Of a stretch of 64,000 bases of DNA, positions 32,514-42,290 are shown piece by piece. A model generated the notes under the pieces. The model had not been told where the DNA came from. It worked only from the letters and a program-made list of their open reading frames with translations, and did no database searches. Position 1 is the stretch's first letter. Each line of letters opens with the position of its first letter. The stretch is from a virus, in IMG/VR virus record IMGVR_UViG_3300037483_000793, positions 64,001 to 128,000 of that record, one strand, 5' to 3'. The translations under genes and the position numbers were made by a program.

Positions 32514-33037
32514 TCTGGCGCGTGCCGATCGACTTGCAGCTCGTACCGACGTCGGACCGCGATCACGTTGTCAAGCCGCACCAGACACACCTACCACTGT
32601 CGCCGCATCTTGGCGCCTTCGGCGTCAAGCGCACACACCATACACACGAAGGCGTCGATCTCTACTGCCCGTCGGGTACGTCGGTCTTCGCAGTCGAGTC
32701 CGGTACGGTCGTGCTGGTCATGCCGTTCACTGGCTCATGCGCCGATCCACCGTCGCCGTGGTGGCGCGACACCGAGGCGGTGCTCGTTGAGGGCACCAGC
32801 GGTGTCGTCGTGTACGGTGAGGTTCGCAGCAGCGTGACCGTCGGAGATCGCATCATACGCGGCGACATGATCGGCTCCGTGGTCCAGGTCTTGACCAAGG
32901 ACAAGGGCTATCCGCTATCGATGCTGCATCTCGAACTGCACGCGCACGGTACACGCAGTGCATACGACTGGAACGACGAACGGCCGCCGTCGCTTCTGGA
33001 TCCAACTCCGTTTCTCATGGCGAGCTACCTGGAGTAG
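32510..33037 (+). CDS. M23 family metallopeptidase (peptidoglycan endopeptidase fold)
   Basis: HEGVDLY (HxxxD), VFAVESGTV, VGDRIIRGDMIG, MLHLELH. Confidence 0.85.
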   Translation: MIWRVPIDLQLVPTSDRDHVVKPHQTHLPLSPHLGAFGVKRTHHTHEGVDLYCPSGTSVFAVESGTVVLVMPFTGSCADPPSPWWRDTEAVLVEGTSGVVVYGEVRSSVTVGDRIIRGDMIGSVVQVLTKDKGYPLSMLHLELHAHGTRSAYDWNDERPPSLLDPTPFLMASYLE

Positions 33038-33978
33038 TTGTGAGCGACGCACAGAAAATCGCTACGTGGATGCGCAAGACGTTCGGTCACACGATCCGTA
33101 GCGAGGTCTACGACGCGATCGAGCGCGGCGACTGGTGTGAGCCAGAACCAGCGGCGCAGCCGCTCTTGGCCCGCGACCCGAAGGACTTGACGCTGCCGAC
33201 GACGACGAACGAGTTCGCGCAGTGGCTGCGCGACATCGCGACGCAAGTCGATCGCATCCCGGATCGTCCGTTGCAGCTCGATGAAAACGACGTCGAGATT
33301 GGTTTCTACTACGGCAACGTGGTGTTCCCGCGCAAGCCGACGGGTCTGCACTTTGAGGTCAGCTTCGCGACGACCGAGTACGCTGGGCGACGACCACCGA
33401 AAGCGCATGTGAAGTGACGAAGGGTAGTGAGGTGCATGACGAGTTGGGTCGGCACGTGAAGGCGTGTCGCGTCTGCTCGAAGGTCGCCGGTCCGATCCGT
33501 GTGGACCCGCAACCGGTCTGGTTGTGCGTGTCCGGGCAGCGCATCTACAATCGCTGGCGCACGTGGTGCCTGTCGAATGACTGAGATCCACATCTTCCGT
33601 GCTCGTGATCAGCCCGCAACGCGTTACCGGGTTCAGCTCGATCACACGACGTTGACGATCCAGAACCGCCGCCGATCGCAGTTGTGGGCACGGTGCTGCA
33701 AGCGTCGGCGCTACGCGCGGAACCTGTTCGCGCACGTCTACTACGACGGTACGTGGTTCTACTGTCGACCTGGCACGGGTTGCAAGCATGCCCGATGATC
33801 TGTCGGGCTGGGGCTACTGCCGGGCGTGTCACACGATTCATGAGCGTGACGTCGACGGTTTCTTGTGCGGCGATACACGACCGCTGCCGATGGCCGTGAT
33901 CGCCGCGTTACCGTCGCGGGTCCAACGGTTCTTGGATTGGATGCGATCCCGGCTGCGACTGCGACGACTGCGACAACG

Positions 33979-34010
33979 CTCTTGACTTGTCTGTGCCCGC
34001 ACGGCATCGT
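33979..34010 (+). promoter_or_regulatory. Class 2 promoter (TTGACT-N17-CATCGT)
   Basis: CTCTTGACTTGTC upstream of ATG 34020. Confidence 0.6.
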
Positions 34011-34019
34011 GTGAAAGTT

Positions 34020-34397
34020 ATGTCGAGCACGGACAAGCTCAAGAACGTGAAGTGGCGCAAGATCCACGCGCCCACAACCTGGCGGCCGAGTGATACCGGC
34101 GAGGAGCTGATCGGCTTCTACGCAGGGCGTACCAAACGCGACGGCACCTTCGGTCAGTACGACGTCGTGATCATCGCGGTGCCGTACAAGGGCACGTTCA
34201 TGATCAGTGGTACCAAGCTGATCCAACTGTTCGATTCCGCGATGCTCACACGCGGTGAGGCTGTACGCGTGCGTTTTCTCGGGCGTCAGGACATCTCGAC
34301 CCCGGACGAGAAGCGCGAGATGAAGCTGTTCGAGCTGTTCGTCGGCGAGCTGCCGATCGAGATGGACTTGCCTGTGGAAGAGGCGCAGCCGTCGTAG
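34020..34397 (+). CDS. Putative OB-fold single-stranded DNA-binding protein
   Basis: WRP...GEELIGFY...V.V.FLG.Q...MKLFEL beta pattern and acidic C-tail; own promoter. Confidence 0.45.
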   Translation: MSSTDKLKNVKWRKIHAPTTWRPSDTGEELIGFYAGRTKRDGTFGQYDVVIIAVPYKGTFMISGTKLIQLFDSAMLTRGEAVRVRFLGRQDISTPDEKREMKLFELFVGELPIEMDLPVEEAQPS

Positions 34398-35351
34398 TGC
34401 GATGCTGGACCTCGACGACAACGCACTGATCGCTCTCGGGTTGCGCGAGCACGCACAGACCTGCGATCACATTGCACAGAAGTACAACTACGGTCACGTG
34501 AACCGTGCGGCATGGACTGCTCGCGCGGTACGGTGTCGCGAGATCGCGGTGCGCTACGAGACAGCGTCGAATGCGAGCAAGCCGAGGAACCTCGCATGAA
34601 GCCACAGTGTCCATCCGTCGTCGAGGGCACGTCGCGCTTCGTTCACGAGAACTGTCAAACCGCGGCGTGCCACTGGTGGACGAAGCGCTGTACGGCGGCT
34701 GATACGATTCCAGTCGCCGCGTTGATGCGTGGGCGCCTCCGCAAGAAGCGGTTGGCGTGCGCACTCGCAGAACGCTGTCGATGGATGCTGCAAGCGCCAG
34801 ATGGACTGTGCCCGCCCATGAAGATGGGCGAGATCTGCGAACACCAGGGTGGCACGTACAACACATCGCTGCTCGATGGCTACCCAATGTGAGAGAGCTG
34901 GGACCGGTGAAGCTCACTGAGAATCAGCGGCAGTGCCTAGAGTACGTCGCACAAGGTGACAACCCATGGTCGTTCCGTACGACGACGAAAGATTCACTCG
35001 CTCGGCACGGTTTGATCGAGCACACGTCGACAGGTTGGCGCATCACGCCAAGCGGCCGGGATTGGCTCGCGGCACACAAGGATGAATTGTGACCCGACTG
35101 CAGCACCTGCTCTACGTTCTCGGCGCGTGGCGTTTCAAAGGCTATCGCCGTTGGATCGGTGGCCTGTGGCGCGAGCGGTTCATCGAGGCGACGCCGCACT
35201 CGTCTGAGCGCGACTGCTGGCGATGGGAACCCTGCATGCGATTCGATTCCGGCGGTCCCGCGCGCACGTACGCGTTCGAGTCATGGCCGATCAGGCCGAC
35301 CGAGCTGCCGATCGCCCGCGCGATCGCAACTCGTGATAGGAAAAGCGACTG

Positions 35352-35756
35352 ATGTTGGACGACAAGACCAACCCACGCGGCTTCGACGACCCCAACGACA
35401 TGGCGTTCATGCACGGCGAACGGTTCTGTGGCGCTTGCCCTGAAGGCGAGGGCAGCTATCCGAACCACTGTTTGCACGGTAGCGGTGAGAACCTTGCATG
35501 CTGCTGGTGCGGCGACATGTTCGTCAGCGATACGCGACACGCGGTCCACGGCGACAACTTCCACCCGCTCACGCCGCGCGAAGTCGATGTCGTGAGGCTG
35601 ATGGCTGACGGACTCTCGAACAAGTTGATCGCGGATCAGCTCGGCATCAGTAATCACACGACGAAGTTCCACATCAGCAACATCGCGCGCAAGCTCAAGA
35701 AGACCACACGCGCGGGTATGGCGGCTGAAGCGGTTCGCCGAGGCATCTCGTCGTGA
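35352..35756 (+). CDS. LuxR-type HTH regulator with Cys/His-rich N-terminal domain
   Basis: LTPREVDVVRLMADGLSNKLIADQLGISNHTTKFHISNIARKL; N-terminal CGAC..HC.H..CCWC. Confidence 0.85.
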   Translation: MLDDKTNPRGFDDPNDMAFMHGERFCGACPEGEGSYPNHCLHGSGENLACCWCGDMFVSDTRHAVHGDNFHPLTPREVDVVRLMADGLSNKLIADQLGISNHTTKFHISNIARKLKKTTRAGMAAEAVRRGISS

Positions 35757-35949
35757 GTACGCCGCCTGAGCTTTCCGTGCTCCAAGCGCAACTCCGTGCG
35801 CTCACCGAAAAGTATCCCGGCGAAGCGATGTTCGCGATCATGGAAGTCTTGATCGAGATTGCGTGCGGCGACAATCCCGCGCTGCGCGACATCAAGCGTC
35901 GCTGGCTCTACGTCGGCATTCTCACCAAGCTCAAGGCGAAAGGACTCAC

Positions 35950-36696
35950 GTGATCAAGCTCGCAATCGGCCTGCCAGCGTACGGCAGCAAACTCGACGTT
36001 GGTCATGCGGCAATGTGGCTCGGGGTTGGTGCAGCGCTCTGGCAAGCGCACGACAAGATCGAGTTGGCGTGGTTCAGCGAGTACCACGTCAACGGCATTG
36101 ATTTGTGCCGCAACACGATTGTCTACGACGCGATGAAAGCGGGTTGCGACTGGGTACTCATGGTCGATGCCGATACGTTCCACCGCACGACCGGCCAGGA
36201 CGGCGTTTGCGACGCGATCGGTGACGCAGGCGTCGACATCATTCAGATGGTCCGCGACGCGGACCGTGGCCAGTACGCGCACTGGGATGGCGAGAAGCAC
36301 GTGCTGAAGTCCATCGAGATTCCCGGGCCGGAGTATGCCAAGAGCGGTATCGCGTTGATCGGCGCGCCCGTGCGCGGTCGCGGCGTGGGCGACACAGGCG
36401 TCTGCGTGCAGCACAGCGACGGTTCGCAGATTCCGCTCGATCAGCTCGCGGGTAAACTCACTCACGTCTGGCGCATCGGCGGCGCGTGTATCGCCGTGAA
36501 CCTCAAGTGGTTCCGCGAGCATTGGCGCAAGGGACCGTGGTTCGAGATGGAGCACGACTACTCGGAGCGTCCCAAGAACGCGCGCGGTGAGGACTATTCG
36601 ATCTGTGACGGAATCTGGACGCGTCAGGGCGCTGTGATTTGTGATGGCCGCTTCGTGCCCTCGCACGTCGATCGGCGTCGTCTCGTCGGTGAATAG
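35950..36696 (+). CDS. GT-A fold glycosyltransferase
   Basis: IGLPAY, DLCRN, WVLMVDAD (DxD), GGACIAV, GEDYSIC. Confidence 0.75.
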   Translation: MIKLAIGLPAYGSKLDVGHAAMWLGVGAALWQAHDKIELAWFSEYHVNGIDLCRNTIVYDAMKAGCDWVLMVDADTFHRTTGQDGVCDAIGDAGVDIIQMVRDADRGQYAHWDGEKHVLKSIEIPGPEYAKSGIALIGAPVRGRGVGDTGVCVQHSDGSQIPLDQLAGKLTHVWRIGGACIAVNLKWFREHWRKGPWFEMEHDYSERPKNARGEDYSICDGIWTRQGAVICDGRFVPSHVDRRRLVGE

Positions 36697-36699
36697 CAC

Positions 36700-36775
36700 G
36701 ATCGCAAGAGCGATCGCACTTGACAACTAGCTCTTGACTTGTCGCAAAGCAAGAGCCATGCTCAATGTCAAGAGC
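36700..36775. promoter_or_regulatory. Operator/promoter cluster: GATCGC-N4-GCGATC, TTGACA, TTGACT-N17-CATGCT and four CTCTTG/CAAGAG boxes
   Basis: Read directly in the 36697-36833 intergenic gap. Confidence 0.65.
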
Positions 36776-36833
36776 GGAGAGCCGCCTAGGGACCACATGA
36801 AGACTGTACAGTTGACACCCGGAAACGACTTCT

Positions 36834-37190
36834 ATGTCGGATCCTAAACGCATCCAAAGCATCTTCCAACGGCACGTCGACGCCCTTGCGCGAGAGCTGG
36901 CGCAAGAGCTGACGCAGCCCTTGGCAGATCGCTTTGGAATCTCGCTCACCGAAGCTGTAGCGCCCGTCGTCACAGCGCCGTCCACGGTAGCCACCGCGGT
37001 ACCTCTCACGAACGCGTCGCTGATCTATGATCCGCGTGCGCGCAAGTGGGGGTGTCCGAAGTGTCGCGCGTTCTCGGACCTGCGTCGCAGGGCCGTGACT
37101 ACGCACATGCGGTTCTGCACGAAGACAGCGCTTGTGCCACCGGAGCCACCGCCGAAGGTGCGCCGCAAGCCGAAAAAGACCAAGAAATGA
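36834..37190 (+). CDS. Zn-finger (CxxC...H...C) putative DNA-binding protein
   Basis: WGCPKCRAF...TTHMRFC; Lys-rich tail. Confidence 0.55.
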   Translation: MSDPKRIQSIFQRHVDALARELAQELTQPLADRFGISLTEAVAPVVTAPSTVATAVPLTNASLIYDPRARKWGCPKCRAFSDLRRRAVTTHMRFCTKTALVPPEPPPKVRRKPKKTKK

Positions 37191-38089
37191 CCTCGCTCGA
37201 AAACGCAGTCGATCGCAGCTCCGATCTCCGGCCCCGTACCAAGGAACTTTACCTACAGCATGTTCGCGCGTTCCTCGCCTTCGTCGGTGACACACCTACG
37301 CGTGATGTCACCGAAGAACTGGTGAAGTCATGGTGCGTGAACATGCGGCGCCGTCGGATCAGCCCGCAAAGCGTGAACGTTGCGCTCACGGCGCTTCGTT
37401 ACGCGGCTGTCAACGCCCACCACAAACATCTCGCGGATCACGCACTGAAGCTGCGGCTTCCGGTCGCCGAGAACACAGAAGAGATCGACGAGACTGCGCG
37501 TGCGCTGACGTGGGACGAAGGTCGGCAGCTCGTCGGTGCCTGCAACGGGGTGCGCGGACGCGATCTGCGCGACAATGCACTCATCACACTCGGGCTTCGC
37601 ACCGGCATGCTGCGGTTCTCGATGTGCCAGCTCAAGTTCGACGACATCGATCTTCCGCACCTGACGTTTGTCAAGAAAGGCGGCGTGAAGCACGCGATCC
37701 GCCTCGACACCGTCACGACGCATGCACTGCGCGCGTGGATGCGCTGGCTCAAGGAGCGGGACATCACCAAGGGATGTCTGTTCCGTTCGCTTGGACGGCA
37801 ACGTGTCGGTCCGAGCAGCAACGCCGCAATCGGTGATCAGCTGACGCCGGATGGGCTCTACCGGGCGCTACGCGAGCGGGCACGCAAAGCCGGTCTTGAC
37901 GATCTGCACCCGCACGTGTTCCGCAAGACGTTCCTTGCGTGGGCCAAGGAAGTCGGGGCGCAGCCCAGGCAGGTCGCAGCGGTCACAGGTCACAAATCCG
38001 ACGCGGTCGGTGACGACAGCAACGGCACCGGCATCACAGTTCCGGCCAACATGTTGTTCCCGGCGTGGACGGGAAAGAAGCTCGCCTGA
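37187..38089 (+). CDS. XerC-like tyrosine recombinase lacking the canonical C-terminal Tyr
   Basis: SAM-like N-terminus, LRDNALITLGLRTGMLR, KGG, HPHVFRKT, VTGH; no Tyr after GH. Confidence 0.8.
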   Translation: MTSLENAVDRSSDLRPRTKELYLQHVRAFLAFVGDTPTRDVTEELVKSWCVNMRRRRISPQSVNVALTALRYAAVNAHHKHLADHALKLRLPVAENTEEIDETARALTWDEGRQLVGACNGVRGRDLRDNALITLGLRTGMLRFSMCQLKFDDIDLPHLTFVKKGGVKHAIRLDTVTTHALRAWMRWLKERDITKGCLFRSLGRQRVGPSSNAAIGDQLTPDGLYRALRERARKAGLDDLHPHVFRKTFLAWAKEVGAQPRQVAAVTGHKSDAVGDDSNGTGITVPANMLFPAWTGKKLA

Positions 38090-38255
38090 TGTGTTGCCCC
38101 GCCTGTGAGTATCGCGCATCTGACAGGTTCGACTACGCCGCGTGGTTACGTGCAGCGGATCGCGCCATCGACAAGGGTCTCAACGCGAACGCGGTGTGGC
38201 GACTGCACGAGAAGTTCACGCGACGCGGCGACGACTGCGAGATCGGTGGTGAAGG

Positions 38256-38513
38256 ATGAGCTGGGTCGATAACTACTACGCGGCGATCTTCACGTGCGTC
38301 GAGCGCTACCGCACCATGGCAGAAGGGATGCCGGATGTGCTTGCGTTCCTCGACGAGTTCAAGCGCAATGTCCCGATCGTCAAGCTCTCGCGCTGGCTCG
38401 GGTACGTCCAGGGCGTCCTGATCGAACGTGGCAAGACAACGGTCACTGCCGAGCGCGACACGACGCGGTCACTGTTCCGGCCGCTCGACTACCCGCAGTT
38501 AGGCGAAACATGA
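38256..38513 (+). CDS. Conserved phage protein (KLSRWLGYVQGVL...ERDTTR.LF)
   Basis: Motif recalled from phage proteins. Confidence 0.6.
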   Translation: MSWVDNYYAAIFTCVERYRTMAEGMPDVLAFLDEFKRNVPIVKLSRWLGYVQGVLIERGKTTVTAERDTTRSLFRPLDYPQLGET

Positions 38514-39097
38514 TGCGTGAGCTAACTAAGCTGCTCGCGAAGATGGCTGAGATCGCGCCGCTGCCGTGGAAGGCTGACATCGACGACGAGAGCATCGAAC
38601 ACGCTGCGATGTGGACCGGCAAGTTCTACACGGCTGCTACGGACGCGCGCTCGACATGGACCAGCTACGACACGCCAGACGAGCGTCTGACACCCATCGC
38701 ACAGTTCATCGAAGCGGCTGTGAACGCAGTGCCGGAACTGATCGGCCGTCTACTGCCAGCGAAGAACGAGAGCCTGCTCGCGATCGAAGCGCAGAAGCTG
38801 GATCGAAGCGCAGAAGCTGATCGACGAGTGGAATCGTGGCGAGTTGAACCGCGCCGAATTCGAGATCATGATGAAAGAGTTGATCAGGGCTGCGTGATGT
38901 CGCGGAAACCGAAACCGCCGAAGACGCTACCGAAGTGGATCAAGTCGTGGTGCTGCCAAGCAGTTGCACTTCGGATGGGTGGCGATCTCCGGTGCCAGTG
39001 CTGCGGCAACATGCTGTTCGACGACTATGCCGAACAGCGGCTGATCATCGACGGTGAACCGTACGACCCCAGCGAAACTATCCCGGACCCGTTCTAG
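38510..39097 (+). CDS. Apparent fusion of two genes (38510-38897 and 38897-39097) caused by a 19-bp duplication
   Basis: Removing one repeat copy restores TGATG stop-start coupling at 38895-38899. Confidence 0.65.
   Translation: MMRELTKLLAKMAEIAPLPWKADIDDESIEHAAMWTGKFYTAATDARSTWTSYDTPDERLTPIAQFIEAAVNAVPELIGRLLPAKNESLLAIEAQKLDRSAEADRRVESWRVEPRRIRDHDERVDQGCVMSRKPKPPKTLPKWIKSWCCQAVALRMGGDLRCQCCGNMLFDDYAEQRLIIDGEPYDPSETIPDPF
38782..38819 (+). repeat. Perfect 19-bp tandem duplication GATCGAAGCGCAGAAGCTG x2
   Basis: 38782-38800 identical to 38801-38819. Confidence 0.95.
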
Positions 39098-39099
39098 AG

Positions 39100-41885
39100 G
39101 TGAAGATGCTGACGATTGAATGTGACGACGACGGTGGCTGTTACCGCTTGCTCGACGATGGTATCGGGCTCTGTGTCAGCAAATCGCGCAACGTGCTCGT
39201 GCGCGTTCGCGATGCACTCAACGCCGTGCGCGAGACGGGACTCGTCGGGTTGACCGTTGCATGTGGCGCGGACACAGGCGTCGTACTCGCGCTATGTAGC
39301 GGGCCGCCACAGCTTGTTGTCCGACGCGCGAACGGACAACTCCATACGTGGCTCGTAGTTGATTGCTGCGTCGTTGAGCCTGCGCGCCCCGACAAGGACA
39401 CGCCGAGCAATGAACCGGGGATTGGCGTCTACGCTGCGTGTGACTTGCTGCATCGTTGGACTGAAGCGTCGACCGGTTACGGTGTCACGCCCGAACGTGT
39501 CGAACGGGTGATGCAGCTCAAGACTGAGACGGCAAACTTCCTCAAGGCGCGTGCCGACGCGGAGCCTGTGCCGTGACGTTCGAGAACTTCCTCACGCGCA
39601 TCGTCGACGACGGCATCAAGGCCTGCCAGGAGAATTACAAAGGCGGCGATACGAGACAGCAACAGAAACGGGAAGGTGCGACTGCGGGCTTCGAGTCGTG
39701 TCGTGGCAAGACCGTATTCGAGCTTCGCCAGCAGCTCGACATCGCACGCAAGCTCTCGGATCTGGCGTTCGTCGACAAGCAGAACTACTGGTACCACCGC
39801 TGCTTCTATGCGGAGGTCGAGTGGGTTTGCAACGTCGTCTCGGCGGCGTTAGAGAATCAGAAGCAACCCGGGATCGTCCAGGTGACCGCACGCGGCTTTC
39901 TGAAAGCCGCTGAGATTCTCGGCGTGGCACGTAACATGGAGTTGAAGGAGTTCAACTGATGTTGATGTTCGTCATCGCGCTTGTCGTCGTCGGTGTTCTT
40001 GTTTGGGCGTGGACACGTTCGAGCTATCGCGGACACGTCAACGATCTTCGCGAGTCGGTTGCCTACGAGCGGTGTATGCGCCGCCGCGAAGAAGAACGTG
40101 CCGAGGTGTTGAGCGACGCGTTGTTCGGACGCACCAAGACACGGCAACGCAGCGACACGGGGATGCGGAACTGATGACACGGAACATCGTCGATGCCCTC
40201 AAGGCCGTCATCGCGGCGCGCAACTGGGATCTCGCTGGCGAGCTGGCAGACAGCAACGACTTCGTCGACTGCCTGCGCTGCTTCAGTGCGCCACGACGAA
40301 TTCTGTACGACAACGAGACGCCGAGCGTCTACATGTGCCTGTTCTGTGCGAGCTGTTGGTACGCGCACGAGAAGCACACAGGCCCGCGTCTGCTAGGAAA
40401 AGATGGTGTGCGCTACCATCGGCGCAAACCACTCTCTGAGTGCGACGTGTGCGACGTCGTCAAGCACCACTCGATGGAAGAGGTCTGTGGCATCCAGGCG
40501 CTACGTCAAGCTGAACGACGCTACTTGGCCGCACATGGTTGGATTCGTCGCGGCGAGTTGTGGGATCCGCCATCGGATCAGCACTTCAAGTACCAGAGCG
40601 GCTACACACATAACCACGCGGTGAACACGCTCAAGAAACGCCAGGGCGAGTCGAGCCAACCGCGGCAACCGCGGAATCCGCGCTGGTCGAAGCCCAACGA
40701 CGATGAGTGAAACTGGCTTCTGCTCGCGCTGCAAGCTCGTTCGTCAAGACGACGAATACGGTTGGCCGGTCACGCCGTGTGCGTGCTTCGTCGAGCACCA
40801 CGCCGACGACTGCCGCTTGCGCGTCGCGATCCGTGCGCCGATCGGCATCCCGTGTGAAGTACACAGCACTGACTCGTGCCCGACATGCTTCTCGTGCACG
40901 TGCGGCGTCGATCCTGCGCGAGCGTTCGTGTGGGCCAAGCACGTGTTCGAGTGGGAAGACAGTGTCGGACTCATGCCAGTGACGAGAATGTGATGCACGA
41001 CGTTCCATCGTTGATCGAGCTACGCTACGGCCGCGCTTGGCCGCGGATCGCTTGTTTGCTCGCGCACAAGACGCGCCCATACGCATTCTATGGCTGTCAC
41101 AAGTCACATGGTCACTACGGCACGTGTGAACACGAACCGCAACGGACGTTGTGTGTGCATCGCGGCGGTTGCTATCCCTGCCTAGGCGTCAACGGAGAGC
41201 ACTGTAACTGCCCACGGCGCGATCAAGATTCCGGTGACGAAACGTGAGCACAAAGATCTGGGAGGCGTACTGCATCAAGCCTGAACACGACGTCTGGACC
41301 GTCATGTGGGATTTGCGCCGTCGTGCCGAGCAGCGCGTGCGCAAGACACTGACGAAATTTTATCGTGCGCTGATCGAAGACGTGAAGCTACCCGCGAAAG
41401 AACGCGCGTGGCTAATCGGAACTGCAGGCGCTTCGATGGACGCATCGGACTTTACGTACCTGAGCGCGAGTCGGTTTGTTCAGAGCGAGTACAAGCAGAC
41501 CATCGGCCGGTCCGAGCGCAGCATCTGGGACTTGAACGTCAGCGTCGTCGTACGGCGCGCGAGCAGGAAGCGAACGCTGTTGATCCCGTACCCGGGCTCG
41601 GGACTACTCAACGGTTCGCTGGCGTTCATGCGGCGCCACAAGGCACTCGCTGACTACCACTACCAGAATCAGTCCGACCGACCGTCGCACGTGTCAGCCA
41701 GAACGTGGCGCGAACGCGCCCGCACGTGGGATCCGCTACTCGACGACGAGAACTGGCAGGACAAACTCGTGCTCGAAATCGTGTCGATCGACGGTTTCTT
41801 CCGCGTCGACCCGGTGTGGAATCTCATGCGCCGCGAGTTCAGGCGCACCGGCAAACTACCAGAACCACAAGCCGATCGCCCTTGA
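39100..41885 (+). other. Hypothetical CDSs (39100-39576, 39573-39959, 39959-40174 membrane, 40174-40710 divergent AIQxAW-family member, 40703-40993, 40993-41247, 41244-41885)
   Basis: Coupled ORFs; 40174 has ALKAVIAARNWDLAGELA...DCLRC...CLFCASC. Confidence 0.6.
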
Positions 41886-41888
41886 TCG

Positions 41889-41920
41889 CTCTTGCGAGTG
41901 CTTGTAGAGCCGCGTAAGGT
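41889..41920 (+). promoter_or_regulatory. Promoter CTC-TTGCGA-N17-TAAGGT
   Basis: Same CTCTTG core as other promoters. Confidence 0.5.
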
Positions 41921-42290
41921 CCGCGGTCTTATGTGGACCGGATCACCGATCGCACGTGCGATCGACATCGAAGTGCTAGAGCTGCTCGTCATCGAGATGC
42001 AGCTCAACAGCGCCGAGTCCGTGTATAGTCAAGAGCATCATGATCGCAGCGGTCGAACGAGCAGCAACAAAAACCAAACCGGATCGGTTGTGTGTCGTGC
42101 GTTGGACGGGTCGCGTACGATTGCACGTGGAAGTGTTGACGGTCTGCGGTGAGAGTATCGACGCCGCCGATGGTGTCGTGCAGGTTCCCGAGTTCATCTT
42201 GACCGGCCGCGCAGTGCCGAGCATCAGTAATCTCGGCGGTGAGGGCATCAAGGCTCTGAAAATCTGCGAAGACTGCAAGCGCGCGATCGG

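Noticed and set aside
36710-36717. GCGATCGC as cyanobacterial HIP1, implying a cyanobacterial host
   Set aside because: Occurrences are explained by the operator and Ala-Ile-Ala codons; other clues favour a myxobacterial host
36702-41897. 14-bp inverted repeat (36702-36715 and 41884-41897) as ends of an invertible segment around the recombinase
   Set aside because: Fully explained as two copies of the palindrome/CTCTTG composite; enclosed genes are co-oriented with neighbours and the recombinase lacks its Tyr
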